DNA of 64,000 nt, from the NCBI GenBank assembly GCA_965197585.1, contig OZ240215.1, forward strand, positions 320,001 to 384,000, given 5' to 3'. Position 1 is the first letter of the stretch, and every line of letters begins with the position of its first letter. This document shows, piece after piece, positions 47,200 to 57,893 of this stretch. Both the position numbers and the translations under genes were made by a program. The notes under the pieces were generated by a model. It saw only the letters and a list, made by a program, of their open reading frames with translations. It ran no database searches and was not told the origin of the DNA. The DNA comes from Dehalococcoidia bacterium (lineage in GTDB: Bacteria > Chloroflexota > Dehalococcoidia > Plut-88900).

Positions 47200-47793
47200 G
47201 TGTTACCGCAATCGAGATTCCGTTTCGCCAGGCGCTTACTGCTGCCTGCCGTCACCATGCTCATGGCGACCCTCGTTGCGGTATCCGCCCTTGCCCCCGC
47301 CCTGGCCCAGGATTCGGGCCTAACCCTGGTCAACTCCGACCGGGACCTGGTCGAACGGAAGAAGGACGGGCGGTTCATAGCCCGCCCCGTGTTCAGCCGG
47401 GAGCTGGACTCCCTCTACTACGCCGTCCGCGATGCGGACAACGGCGACTGGTTGACCCTGATGTACCGGGTGCAGGGGGGCGAGAAGAAGCTCAAGGACG
47501 GCTGGGAGTATTCCTGGGAGTACCCGGCCCTGTCCGAGCAGCCCGACCTGGACCCCGGGAAGGCCTACCTGCTGGTTATCGGCGTCCCCGCCGACGCCCA
47601 GGGCGGCCCCTACGTCTTCCACGCCCTTGTACCCGTGCACCAGCCCAGCGGGATTTTCGACCGGATCCTGGCGGCCCTGAACCCCGCCAGGTGGGCAAAG
47701 GCCTTCGCCCGCTGGGTGATAGAGGGCGTTCACGGCGGCCTGTGCGGGGTCGTTGAGCGGGCCACGAGAACCGAGATCGACAACTGCGACTAA
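47200..47793 (+). CDS. secreted hypothetical protein heading the transfer operon
   Basis: GAGGAG RBS + GTG; signal peptide ending ALA. Confidence 0.7.
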   Translation: MLPQSRFRFARRLLLPAVTMLMATLVAVSALAPALAQDSGLTLVNSDRDLVERKKDGRFIARPVFSRELDSLYYAVRDADNGDWLTLMYRVQGGEKKLKDGWEYSWEYPALSEQPDLDPGKAYLLVIGVPADAQGGPYVFHALVPVHQPSGIFDRILAALNPARWAKAFARWVIEGVHGGLCGVVERATRTEIDNCD

Positions 47794-47805
47794 GGACTCT
47801 ATGCC

Positions 47806-48792
47806 ATGAACGACATCCTCACCGGAACTCCCCCCGAGCTGACCTACCTGCACCCCATGGTGCGGGAGGCCTGGATGGTTGTATGGGGCGTCGCATCGGG
47901 GGCTTTGATCGTCATCCTGGGCTGGATGGGCCTCAGCCTCATCATGCAGAACCTGCTGGGACATACCAGCACCGGGTGGCGGGAGGCGGTCCCCCGCCTG
48001 GCCCTGGGCCTCGTGGCCGCCGCCACCTCCTACTGGTGGTGCGCCCTGGTCATCGACGTGGCGCACGTAGTCTCCAAGTACATCGCCGCGGAACTGGACG
48101 TCACCCCCGGCGACCTGCTGAGGGCGCCCCTGGAGACGTTCCTCAGGACCGTGGAGGCGGGGAGCGTGGGTATGGCCCAGCTGGTGGCCCTCCTCTACGT
48201 GGTCTACGGGTTCTTCGTCCTCTACGTCCTGGTGCAGCTGGTATTGAGGCTGGCCCTGATCGACATCCTGCTGGCCCTGGCCCCCATAGCGTTGGGCCTC
48301 TGGATACTGCCCCATACGGCGGGCTGGGGGAGGCACTGGCTGAGGCTCTTCCTGACCACGGTGTTCCAGCAGTCGATACAGCTCATAGCCCTGGCATTGG
48401 GGTTCGGGTTCCTGAGAGAGTACGCCGCCATAGAGGCCTTCGAGCCGGCCCAGGACCTGGTGTGGAAGCTGCTGCTGTCGGTGGCCTTCGTCTACATGGC
48501 GACGAGAGTGCCCTCGATGCTGGGCAATGCTGGCACCTTCGACTCCTGGGTCAGCACCCTCTACTTCGGCCTCAACCTGCCGGGGACCCTGATGCGCTCT
48601 GCCAAGACCGTAGGGCTGCTCTCCGGGGGAATGGGTGGGGGGCCTGCAGGAGCAGCAGTGGGGGCGGTGGCTGCCACGGCGGCGGGGACCGGAGCGGGTG
48701 CGGCCTCGGGCCTGAGATCGGCGGCGGAAGGTGCAACCGCCGGTGGAGATGCGACCGGGGCCGGGCCTGCCCCGAGGAGCAGCGGCGAGTGA
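47806..48792 (+). CDS. VirB6/TrbL-like polytopic conjugation protein
   Basis: Multiple TMs, R...I..L.ALAP.AL....LP.T..W...W, Gly/Ala-rich tail. Confidence 0.8.
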   Translation: MNDILTGTPPELTYLHPMVREAWMVVWGVASGALIVILGWMGLSLIMQNLLGHTSTGWREAVPRLALGLVAAATSYWWCALVIDVAHVVSKYIAAELDVTPGDLLRAPLETFLRTVEAGSVGMAQLVALLYVVYGFFVLYVLVQLVLRLALIDILLALAPIALGLWILPHTAGWGRHWLRLFLTTVFQQSIQLIALALGFGFLREYAAIEAFEPAQDLVWKLLLSVAFVYMATRVPSMLGNAGTFDSWVSTLYFGLNLPGTLMRSAKTVGLLSGGMGGGPAGAAVGAVAATAAGTGAGAASGLRSAAEGATAGGDATGAGPAPRSSGE

Positions 48793-48957
48793 GCCCACTT
48801 ATTTCGATAGACGGGACTTCAACAGATAGACGAAACGAACAGATAGACGAGAAGGCACGAGGAGGTCAAGAGATGTGCAGCTAGGCAAGCGAGAACGACG
48901 TGACCCCTGGACCAGGGATAAAGACTCCCAAACAGCAACGGAAACAGGAGAAAGCGA

Positions 48958-49251
48958 ATGGAACAGCTGACCCAGACCATATCGAACATCGTGGGGATCA
49001 TGATGGGGGTGGTGGGCGCGGTGGGCGTTGCCTACTTCGTCTATGGGGCCTTCCTGTACATGACGGCAGGCGGCGGGCCCCAGCAGATGGACCGGGGGAA
49101 GAGCGCCATGCTCACCGCCCTGGCGGGCGTGGTGCTGGCGCTGCTGGCCTACGTGGTCGTTGAGGTGGTGACCGGTGCAATTGTAAACCCGGGCGTCGAG
49201 GTGGATATCCCCGAGCCCGGCACCCCCACGCCAACACCAGACGGGGGATAG
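48958..49251 (+). CDS. VirB2/TrbC-like pilin
   Basis: Two TMs linked by YMTAGG.PQQM.RGK. Confidence 0.8.
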   Translation: MEQLTQTISNIVGIMMGVVGAVGVAYFVYGAFLYMTAGGGPQQMDRGKSAMLTALAGVVLALLAYVVVEVVTGAIVNPGVEVDIPEPGTPTPTPDGG

Positions 49252-49276
49252 GCAAAGCAGAAGTGGAGGAAGAGTC

Positions 49277-50953
49277 ATGAGAGAACACGAGGTGCCGACC
49301 CACCTGCAGGCCGAGGACCGGGTGCTGCTGTGGTTCACCTTCCAACAGCTGGTGGCCATCACCGCCGTGGCCGCGCTGTCCTACGGAGCGTACCGCTACG
49401 CTCCCGTGGGCCCCTCCGAGGTGAGGATAGTCCTGGCCGTCCTCCTGGGGCTGGCGGGAATGGCCATGATCGTGGGAAGGGTGGGAGGCCGGCGGCTGCC
49501 CCTGGTGACCGCCGACCTCCTGCGGTTCCGGCTGGGTCCCCGGCGCTACGCCGGACCCCCTGCCCAGCTGGTGCGCGCCGAAGCGCCGACGCCGGTCAGG
49601 AGTGCGCCGAGCCCTCTAACCCTATTGGTCAGGAAGGCCAGACGGATCATCATGCGCCGCCGCAACGGTAGGATGCCCCTCCGTCCCCGCGGCCGTTCCG
49701 GCAAGGGCCGCCGCCGGCGCCGGGGGAAGCGCAAGTACCCAAAGCAGGACAGGAAGAAGACCGGGAGAAGCAGGGGCCGGAGGAACCTGCTGGCCGTCCT
49801 GGCCGTCGCCCTAACGGCGGCGGCCGGGGCGGTGTCCCCCGTTGCCCTGGCTGACGACCATCATCCCGAGGAGATCGGCTTCGAACTGAGGGAGCCCGTC
49901 CCCGGAAGAAGGATATACGTCGAGAGATTGCATGTGTCGGGCGACTCCGCCGGGGTAACCGTCAGGGCCGCCGCTGACATCGACCTGCAGGTGAGAGGCT
50001 ACGGCGGACCCGAGGGCCGGATATCCGTGTTCCGGGCGACGGCCAGGCTGCAGGGGGGAGAGGCCAGGAGCTACATATTCCCACTCTCCGGTGACTCGCC
50101 CTCCCTCACCCTCTCCTGGCGGGACGGGCTGGGGCAGGCGGGCGCTCTCAGCCTGAAGGGAGACCAGATCCCGCACCCTCTGCCCTCCGTCGAGGGAGAG
50201 CTGTGCGACATTGAGCTCGATTACCTGCTTTGGACGCCTGGACGGGTGGATGGAGCCATAGACTCCATCTGCGAGGACTCCGTCGAAGAACCGGTGTCCC
50301 TTACGACGGTGTCCGGGCATGAGAGCGTGACGGTGACGGCGTTGATGGATGCGGACGTCACCGCAGTTGCCGGGACTGTAATAGTCACCGTCGGCGGGGC
50401 CCAGGGACCGGTCCCCTTCGTTCCGAACGGGTTCACGGCCTTCCGGGTCAATGTGCCCGCTGGCGAGGGGGTCCACAAGGTCACCTTGCAAGCCGCCCTG
50501 GAAGGGGCCCTGCGGATCGACCTTCCTCCCCTGGTTGCCCTGACCCACCACCCCAAGAGGGACGAGGAGATAACCACGAGAGTCAAGCTGTACCGTCCCG
50601 GAACCAGCAGGACGGTCTCCGAGACGGTGACTCTCTTTCACCCCGACGGGACAACCACCCGGCACGTCATCTCGGCCACCCTGTCCGTACCCGGCACAAC
50701 GGTGGCAAAGGATGTGACCGTCACCGTGGAACATGAGGAGCACGTGAGGGCTGAGGTCATGGAACGGGGGCCCCTGGCCCGAACGAGGATAGAGGCTCTG
50801 GACATGGCGTCGAGCATCGGCGCCGACGACAACTTCGAGCTCCTCACCCTGCCCGAGCCGGAGCCCACCCCCGAGCCCGCCGAGCAGACCCCGGTGGACA
50901 CCGATGAGCTGAGGCGGCTGTTCGAGTTGCTGGGCTGGAGTTGGCCGTGGTGA
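49277..50953 (+). CDS. PrgI-like membrane protein fused to a large extracellular domain
   Basis: HEVPTHL..EDR....FTFQQL + 2 TMs; Arg-rich linker; third hydrophobic segment; beta-rich C-terminus. Confidence 0.7.
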   Translation: MREHEVPTHLQAEDRVLLWFTFQQLVAITAVAALSYGAYRYAPVGPSEVRIVLAVLLGLAGMAMIVGRVGGRRLPLVTADLLRFRLGPRRYAGPPAQLVRAEAPTPVRSAPSPLTLLVRKARRIIMRRRNGRMPLRPRGRSGKGRRRRRGKRKYPKQDRKKTGRSRGRRNLLAVLAVALTAAAGAVSPVALADDHHPEEIGFELREPVPGRRIYVERLHVSGDSAGVTVRAAADIDLQVRGYGGPEGRISVFRATARLQGGEARSYIFPLSGDSPSLTLSWRDGLGQAGALSLKGDQIPHPLPSVEGELCDIELDYLLWTPGRVDGAIDSICEDSVEEPVSLTTVSGHESVTVTALMDADVTAVAGTVIVTVGGAQGPVPFVPNGFTAFRVNVPAGEGVHKVTLQAALEGALRIDLPPLVALTHHPKRDEEITTRVKLYRPGTSRTVSETVTLFHPDGTTTRHVISATLSVPGTTVAKDVTVTVEHEEHVRAEVMERGPLARTRIEALDMASSIGADDNFELLTLPEPEPTPEPAEQTPVDTDELRRLFELLGWSWPW

Positions 50954-51264
50954 TACGGGTTCTGTGGGTGGTCTTAATGGCGGGTGCGGGGTTTGCCTCC
51001 TTGGGCGCGGGGACGGACATCGAGAAGGGGAACATGCTTCTCAAGTTCGTCGAGGTGGTGGACGCTATGGCCTATGCCGCTGCAGGACTCTGCCTATTTG
51101 CCGTCGTCTGGGCCGGGTTCCTGCTCATGGCCGAGGGGGCTGAGGAGCGGAGCTCGGGCAGGGCCAGGAGCGCGGTGGTCCTGGCTATCACGGGCCTGGT
51201 CCTCACCCTCTCGGCCAAAGGGATAGCCCTGGCCCTGCTGAAGGTCACCCCAACGCTCCCGTAG
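50941..51264 (+). CDS. second pilin-like membrane protein
   Basis: Hydrophobic hairpin with WAGFLLM....EE...RAR.AV. Confidence 0.65.
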   Translation: MAVVIRVLWVVLMAGAGFASLGAGTDIEKGNMLLKFVEVVDAMAYAAAGLCLFAVVWAGFLLMAEGAEERSSGRARSAVVLAITGLVLTLSAKGIALALLKVTPTLP

Positions 51265-51285
51265 CGGCAAGAAAAGGACAACGAT

Positions 51286-53541
51286 TTGAAAACCGTATTT
51301 GAAAAACTCAGCCGGATGATTCTCAGGCCCGGGAAAACGGGGGCCACTGCGGCCCCGAAGAAGAATGCCGCCCCGCCCAAGCCGCCCGTCCCCTTGCCAT
51401 CGTTCTACATGCTGTCCCACCTGGAGGAGGATGGTCCCGTGAGGCTCGACGGGGTCAAGCTGGGCATCTGCGAGGTGATGGGCCTGGAACTGGACGAGCC
51501 CCGGCTCGGCTCCTTCGCGGGGGCCCTGAACGCCCTGGACTTCCCGGTGCAGCTTCTAGTAAGGCAGCACCCGCCGGTGCTGGACCGGCTGAGGGATGCC
51601 CTAAAGGAAGCCCAGCCTGAAGACCTGCCGCCGAAGACCGAACAAGCCGCAAGTTCCCTCAGGGGCCTGCTCAGGGAACTCGAGACCCGGGAGGGGGTGC
51701 TGGACCGGCGGTTCTACGTTGTATGCAAACACGATAGGGCCGACGACTTGGCATCCCTACTCTCGCGGGTCGGCCTCTTCGTCCAGCCTCTCAGTGGCCG
51801 GACCCTCAGGATGTTCATCCTCGCATGCGCACTTGGCGGCTCTCCCAGGGACATGGACGAGACCGAGCAGGTGAGTGTGGAGATCAATCGCCGGGAGCTT
51901 CGAATCGGCCCCGGGCTCACCCGCTCCCTCCACCTGGGCCGCTGGCCCCGCACCCTTGTTCCCGGGTTCCTGCAGGCCCTCATGAACTCGGGCATCCCCA
52001 TGGACTTGTCCGTCCACCTTGCCCCAATCGCAGCCGACCAGGCGGCCCGCACACTGGAGTGGCAGAAGGTGCGGTTCGAGTCGGCCCGATCCATGTCCTT
52101 CCGCAAGGGCCGCAGCCTCTCCCCGGAGGCGGAGATAGCCCTGGAGGACGTCACCCGCCTCAGGGACGACGTTCAGCGGGGCCGGGAGCGTCTCTTCCAC
52201 TCTTCCCTTTCCCTGACTCTTCATGCAGACGATCACAAGAGCTTGAAGGAGATGACCCAGAGGACCAGGGCCCACTTTGCCGCCACGTTGGGCAAGCTGG
52301 ACGTCCTCCCCTTCCGCCAGAGGGAGGGGCTCCTGTCGACCCTGCCCCTAAACCTCAACTCCGTTGCGCTCTGGAGGACCCTGGACACCTCCTCCCTGGC
52401 CCGGCTGTTTCCCTTCTCTCCCCCCGACATGGACACCCGCAGCGGCACCCTCTATGGCCTGGACCTCAGGGCCCGGGCGCCCATCGTCTACGACCCCTGG
52501 GACGGCACCCACCTCAACGCCAACACCGCTGTCCTGGCCCGCTCGGGCAGCGGAAAGTCCTTCGCCACCAAGCTGGGCGTGTTGCGGGGTATATGCCGCG
52601 GAATAACGGCCTACGTCATCGACCCCGAGGGAGAGTATGCCGACATGGCCAGGGCCGCGGGGGGCAGGGTGCTGTCGCCGGGAGTACCGGGCCAGGGCAT
52701 GAACCCCTTCGTCATGGACCGGAGGGACTCGGAGGAGTTGCTCCAGCGCATCGGCAGCCTGAGGAGGCTGATAGAGGTGATGGTGGGGGAGAAGCTCGGT
52801 GCTGAGCGGCGCGCGGACCTGGACCACGCCCTGGCCGGCTACTACGCCGAACCCCGGGAGCGCACCGGGTTCCGGGACTTCTACGGCTACCTGCAGAGCG
52901 GGGAGAACGACGACTCGGAACTCGATTCGGGGCAGGCCCTGGCCAGGCTGCTGAGGCCCTTCGCCACGGGTAGCCTCCGCCACCTCCTGTCAGATGAGGG
53001 GGACGACCTGCTCCACAACGAGGCTCTCGTTACCGTGTTCGACCTGAGGCTCCTTGAGCCCGAGCTCCGGCCCGCCGCCGCCATGGTCTGCACCGAGACG
53101 GTGTGGGCCTCCGCCGCCCGGGACCCCAAGCCGAGGCTGCTGGTTGTGGACGAGGTGTGGTCGATCATGCAGCACCCCGAGGGGGCTGCGTTCATGGTCT
53201 CTATGGCCAAGAGGGCCCGGAAGCACCGGCTGGGACTCCAGTTCATAACCCAGGACGTCCAGGACCTGCTCAGCGAGGACACCTCCCGCACCATCACCGG
53301 CCACTCGGGAAGGGCCCTGCTGCAGAACGCCGCCTTCAAGCTGCTGCTCCAGCAGGACGCCGCGGCCATATCCACGGTGGGGGAGGCCTTCGACCTGCCC
53401 CAGGACCTTCAGAAGTGGCTTCTCTCCTGCCCCAGGGGCGACGGGCTGCTCCTGGCCAGGGGAAACCGGTTCCCGGTGCGCATCGAGGCCACGCCGGAGG
53501 AGGCGGAGATCATCGAGTGGAGGCCGGGAGCCCACGCCTAG
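51286..53541 (+). CDS. virB4: VirB4-like conjugative ATPase
   Basis: ARSGSGKS, VIDPEGEY, VVDEVW, KRARKH, ITQ. Confidence 0.9.
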   Translation: MKTVFEKLSRMILRPGKTGATAAPKKNAAPPKPPVPLPSFYMLSHLEEDGPVRLDGVKLGICEVMGLELDEPRLGSFAGALNALDFPVQLLVRQHPPVLDRLRDALKEAQPEDLPPKTEQAASSLRGLLRELETREGVLDRRFYVVCKHDRADDLASLLSRVGLFVQPLSGRTLRMFILACALGGSPRDMDETEQVSVEINRRELRIGPGLTRSLHLGRWPRTLVPGFLQALMNSGIPMDLSVHLAPIAADQAARTLEWQKVRFESARSMSFRKGRSLSPEAEIALEDVTRLRDDVQRGRERLFHSSLSLTLHADDHKSLKEMTQRTRAHFAATLGKLDVLPFRQREGLLSTLPLNLNSVALWRTLDTSSLARLFPFSPPDMDTRSGTLYGLDLRARAPIVYDPWDGTHLNANTAVLARSGSGKSFATKLGVLRGICRGITAYVIDPEGEYADMARAAGGRVLSPGVPGQGMNPFVMDRRDSEELLQRIGSLRRLIEVMVGEKLGAERRADLDHALAGYYAEPRERTGFRDFYGYLQSGENDDSELDSGQALARLLRPFATGSLRHLLSDEGDDLLHNEALVTVFDLRLLEPELRPAAAMVCTETVWASAARDPKPRLLVVDEVWSIMQHPEGAAFMVSMAKRARKHRLGLQFITQDVQDLLSEDTSRTITGHSGRALLQNAAFKLLLQQDAAAISTVGEAFDLPQDLQKWLLSCPRGDGLLLARGNRFPVRIEATPEEAEIIEWRPGAHA

Positions 53542-53619
53542 ATAGAGGTTGTTTAGACACGAACCAATAGATAGAGGCCGTTTATATACGAATCACTGTA
53601 GAAGAGAAGAAGGGAAACC

Positions 53620-56235
53620 GTGATGAGATTGAACCCGTTGAAAATACTGTCAGGCAGGTCCCATTCAAGGACCCCGGTGCTGCTGGCGGTGACGCCGCCC
53701 CGAACGGGGGAGCGAACCCTGCTGGGTGTGGAGAACCTGCTCTCCTCCATCGCCGTCCCCGAGCCGTTCTCACTGGAGCTGGCCGGAGACGCCTACGGCG
53801 TGACCCTGATGGCCCGCTGCCTGGACGGCCAGGTGGTCAGGGCTCAAGTAGCCGCCCACTACCCCCAGGCCACGATACGCGAGGTGCCTCCCGACGAGGA
53901 CCCCCTGCGACTGAGGGAGGGTGAGCAGGCCTGGGGCATGACACTGAGGTCATCGGGCCCCGAGTACGTGCCGCTCAGGGTGTTCCGGGACGACGACCTG
54001 CTCGACCCCGGCTCCGACCCCCTCATCGCCCTCCTGGGCGCCCTGTCCAACCTGGACGGCGACGACCGGATCGTGGCCAGGTTGATGCTGCGCTCCCTGG
54101 GCCCCGAGTGGTCCCGGCACCACATGGAGATGGCCCACGGCAGGCTGGCCCCTGAGCCCAGGGCTGCTTCCCATGCTCAGCAGGGCGGGCCTACGCAGAC
54201 CAACGGCAAGGCCATGGCCGCCCTGGGCATCGGCGCTCTTGCCGCCTTCCAGGGCTACACATGGGTGCAGGCCGGGGAGACGTGGAAGACCGTGCTCCTG
54301 GGCTTGGGAATCGTCCTAGCCCTGGCCGCGGGCGGCTGGGCCTGGCACCGTTGGAAGGCTTCCTGGTCCCGCGTCCACGACCCCCTGCTCATCAGGGAGA
54401 AAGTGTCCCGAATCGCATTCGACGCCGAGGTGCAGCTCGTCGCCGTCATGTCGGAGGCGGACCCGGAGGAGGCGAAGGGACGGGCGAGGAAGCTCCTGGA
54501 GCCCGTCGCCGCCGCCTACCGGCACTACGACAACCCCGCCGGAGCCCGCCTCAGGGCCGGCAAGGTCAGACCCGTACTTCCCGACCCGTCGACGATGCAC
54601 CCTTCCGGCCCCGGCCTGTTCGGCAGCCGCAGCGTCATCGGGGTCCGGGAGGCCGCAGCCCTGTGGCATCCCCCGGGGCCCCGAGACGACACCCCCCTGG
54701 TGGAGCGCTCCGGCGCCAGCGTCCTCATGCCCTCGGCCAGGGGAGTCACCGGAGGCGCCCTGGTGGGGGACACCACGGCGGGCAGGCCCAGGGAGATCCG
54801 CTTCCCGGGTGACCTGCTCCGCCGCCACCACCTCTACGTCGCCCGGACCAGAATGGGCAAGTCCACCCTCATGCAGCACATCGTCGCCCACAAGATGAGG
54901 GAGAAGGCCGGGGGAAGGGATGGCGACGCCATAGTCGTCGTAGACCCCCACGCCGACCTGGTGGCCGGCCTGCTCAACCACGTCCCCGGAGAGGTGGCGG
55001 ACAGGGTGCGGCTCATAGACCTGGCCGACCCCAGGGGAGCCCCCGGCATCAACCTGCTGGACACCCGTATCTTCGCCGACCGGGACCGCACCGCCGACTC
55101 GGTGGTCAGGGTTGCGCGGGGCCTCTGGGAGCAGTGGGGCCCCCGTATGCAGTCCATCTTGGAGCACACCGTCAAGACCCTCCACGAGGCCAACGGGCAC
55201 CCGGACACCGTGGAAGAGGAGCAGTTCACCATCCTGGACGGGCTGCGGCTCCTGTCCAACGAGCCGTTCCGCAACGCCGTCCTCGCCCGGGTCTCCGACC
55301 CCTACGTGCTGGAGTGGTGGGCCAGGGACTTCGGCAACTGGCACGCCCAGTACAAGGCCGAGGCCCTCGCCCCTGTCCAGACCCGGCTCTCCTACTACGC
55401 CTCCTCCAAGAGGGCACGGGCCATCCTCGGCCAGTCCCGATCTACCCTGGACATCCGGCGCACCATCCTCGACGGGGGCATCCTGCTGGTATCCACCGCC
55501 CAGGGGAGCGTCGGCAGGGACGTGGCCGCCCTGGTGGGCGCATCGATGCTGAACCTGGTGGACGCCGTAATCAGGGAGCAGGGAAGCCTTACTCCTGAGA
55601 GACGGCGTGGCGCCCTCGTGGTGGTGGACGAGATGCAGTCCATGCCCGGCGTGGACTACGAGTCGATGCTGTCGGAGCTGGGCAAGTTCGGGGCTTCCTT
55701 CATCCTGGCCACCCAGAGCCTGGCAAAGCTCGCAGACCTGTCCCCCACCATGCGGGACACCGTCCTGGCCAACGTCGGCTGCCTCGCCGTCTTCCAGGTG
55801 GCCGGCAACGACGCCCGCCAGCTGGTGTGGGAGCTTGGCCGGGACCGTGTGAGCGAGGAGGACATCGTCTCCCTGCCCGTCCACCACTGCTACGTCAGGG
55901 CCACCGTGGGCAAGGAGCGGATGCCCGCGTTCTCCATGATGGTGCGCAAGCCGGAGCCGGGAGACCCCGGTGGAGCCGCCCGCATCCGCTCCGATGCATC
56001 CTCCTACGTCATGACGGCGGAGGAGATCGCCTCGCTGCAGGCCGAGGGCCGGGCGCGGGTGGAGAAGTTCCAGGCCGCCGTCAAGAAGGGGGAGAAGGGG
56101 GCGGCCTCCCCGCCGGACCCTAAGGGGGACGCCCCGAAGGACGCCAACAGGGGCAATCGCCGCAGCAAGCACGACCAGGTGGACACCAAACCTGGGACCG
56201 CCGACAACGCTCCGGGTAAGGAGTCCGCGCAATGA
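53620..56235 (+). CDS. virD4: VirD4/TraD-like type IV coupling protein
   Basis: HLYVARTRMGKS, VDPHADL, VVDEMQ, SELGKFG..LATQS; internal TM pair. Confidence 0.85.
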   Translation: MMRLNPLKILSGRSHSRTPVLLAVTPPRTGERTLLGVENLLSSIAVPEPFSLELAGDAYGVTLMARCLDGQVVRAQVAAHYPQATIREVPPDEDPLRLREGEQAWGMTLRSSGPEYVPLRVFRDDDLLDPGSDPLIALLGALSNLDGDDRIVARLMLRSLGPEWSRHHMEMAHGRLAPEPRAASHAQQGGPTQTNGKAMAALGIGALAAFQGYTWVQAGETWKTVLLGLGIVLALAAGGWAWHRWKASWSRVHDPLLIREKVSRIAFDAEVQLVAVMSEADPEEAKGRARKLLEPVAAAYRHYDNPAGARLRAGKVRPVLPDPSTMHPSGPGLFGSRSVIGVREAAALWHPPGPRDDTPLVERSGASVLMPSARGVTGGALVGDTTAGRPREIRFPGDLLRRHHLYVARTRMGKSTLMQHIVAHKMREKAGGRDGDAIVVVDPHADLVAGLLNHVPGEVADRVRLIDLADPRGAPGINLLDTRIFADRDRTADSVVRVARGLWEQWGPRMQSILEHTVKTLHEANGHPDTVEEEQFTILDGLRLLSNEPFRNAVLARVSDPYVLEWWARDFGNWHAQYKAEALAPVQTRLSYYASSKRARAILGQSRSTLDIRRTILDGGILLVSTAQGSVGRDVAALVGASMLNLVDAVIREQGSLTPERRRGALVVVDEMQSMPGVDYESMLSELGKFGASFILATQSLAKLADLSPTMRDTVLANVGCLAVFQVAGNDARQLVWELGRDRVSEEDIVSLPVHHCYVRATVGKERMPAFSMMVRKPEPGDPGGAARIRSDASSYVMTAEEIASLQAEGRARVEKFQAAVKKGEKGAASPPDPKGDAPKDANRGNRRSKHDQVDTKPGTADNAPGKESAQ

Positions 56236-57893
56236 CGCCCGCAGGGTGCACCGGAGAGCTGCTGCGCCGCCTGGCCGCCATGCCCTTCCTGGACCGGCTG
56301 GAGATGGTGGCCGTCTCCGGCTGGTCCAGGGGGGCCGTATACCCCGCCGTCGAGTCCCTGGAGCGCAACAGGCTGGTGGCCTCCGTACCCCACGCATCGG
56401 ACCTCGTTCCGCCAGCCCGAAGGTTCCACCTCACGGTTCCCGGCCTGTACCGGCTTGCGAGGGAGGAAGGCATGACCGTGGACGGGCTCCTTGCCGCCTA
56501 TCCCCTCTCCGCGCAGTGGCAGCGGCTGCTGATGGAGCGCCTGGACGCCGTGGCCGTCATCTACCGGCTCGTCTGTATGGTCTCCGACGTCGCCCACCCC
56601 ATACGCTTCCGCTGGTTCAGGGCCCTGCCCATGGACGCGGCGGTGGGACTTCCCGACGGGCGGGTGGTCTCCATAGTCAGGCAGGGCCCCACCTCCGACA
56701 GGACGGCCTTCGCCAAGCGCCTCTGGCGGCTGGGGAAGGGTCCCCGGCCTAGCGCCGTCCTCATCCTGGCGCCGGACGGGGTCCGTCTCAGGCATGCCCG
56801 CAGGCTGATGATGGGATCTCCCTCCCTTGCGTTCCTAGCCCCGGAATCCACCGCGGTCTCCGGCACTGCCGTATCCCGGGTGTGGCGCACCCCCTCGGGG
56901 TCCTCCCTCCTGGACCTGCGCACCGCCCTCTCGCTCACGCAGCGGCGGGGAGAATGGCCCCTGGAAGGGTCTCCGGCGCGGGCCCACCTCCCGGAGAACA
57001 TCGTACTGGATGCCCCGGGGGAATCGCTGCCTGACTGGACGCTGCCCGCAGTGCTCAAGTCCGCCGAGAAGCGGGCCCTGGACCTGCTTTCCGACTGGCC
57101 CTGGGTCTCGCCCACTCACATGGGGATACTGCTGGGGGTGAGGCGGTCCATGCTCTCCCGGGTCCTGGTACGGCTCTGCGGACTGGGACTGGTCACGGGT
57201 TCCGACGTTGTCGGGAGCAGTCTCCTGGCGGTCACGGACCGGGGCCTGGCGCTGCTGGCCCGCCGGGACCGTTCCGCCGTGGGTGCTGCCAGGCGGCGGT
57301 GGAGCCCGGCTCTCCAAGACCCGGACGGCCCCATCCAGTGGCGCAACGTCACCGGCAGGAGAAGCCGCCAGCTGCTGAGGAACCTGGAGCACACCTCGGC
57401 GGTCCACTGGTTCATGGCGGTGCTGTCCAGGCAGGCCCGCTCCAGGTCGAGGGAGGTGGTCCAGCTCGACCCCCCCAGGAGGGCATCGAGATACTTCCGT
57501 CACGGAGACAAGCTGCGCTCCATACACCCCGACGCCTTCGGCGTCCTGCGCCGGGACGGCAAGACCTCGCCGTTCTTCCTGGAGTGGGAGCGGCGAGCTG
57601 TACGCCCGGCCACCATGGCCGACCGCATCGCACCCTACCTGCGCTACTACTCCTCCCGCCGGCCCACCGACGACCATGGGGCGCGGCCCGCCGTGCTGGT
57701 GGTCTTCGAATCGGACCTGGCGGCCACTCACTTCCTGCGCATTGCATCTCAGGAGATGAATCGGGTGGGGGTGGACATCCCACTGTATGTCTCCCACAAG
57801 AGCCTGTTGGAGAGGGTGGGTCCCCTGGGGAAGGCCTGGAGAGGGGTGGACGGGACTGGGCCGGGCTACGCTTTTCAGATGAGTTCTACCTAG
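56232..57893 (+). CDS. Replic_Relax-family relaxase, apparently with a tandem domain duplication
   Basis: C-terminal half LEHT..V..F, HPDAFG, FFLEWER, I.PY.RYY; N-terminal half has a similar layout; coupled to virD4. Confidence 0.75.
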   Translation: MTPAGCTGELLRRLAAMPFLDRLEMVAVSGWSRGAVYPAVESLERNRLVASVPHASDLVPPARRFHLTVPGLYRLAREEGMTVDGLLAAYPLSAQWQRLLMERLDAVAVIYRLVCMVSDVAHPIRFRWFRALPMDAAVGLPDGRVVSIVRQGPTSDRTAFAKRLWRLGKGPRPSAVLILAPDGVRLRHARRLMMGSPSLAFLAPESTAVSGTAVSRVWRTPSGSSLLDLRTALSLTQRRGEWPLEGSPARAHLPENIVLDAPGESLPDWTLPAVLKSAEKRALDLLSDWPWVSPTHMGILLGVRRSMLSRVLVRLCGLGLVTGSDVVGSSLLAVTDRGLALLARRDRSAVGAARRRWSPALQDPDGPIQWRNVTGRRSRQLLRNLEHTSAVHWFMAVLSRQARSRSREVVQLDPPRRASRYFRHGDKLRSIHPDAFGVLRRDGKTSPFFLEWERRAVRPATMADRIAPYLRYYSSRRPTDDHGARPAVLVVFESDLAATHFLRIASQEMNRVGVDIPLYVSHKSLLERVGPLGKAWRGVDGTGPGYAFQMSST

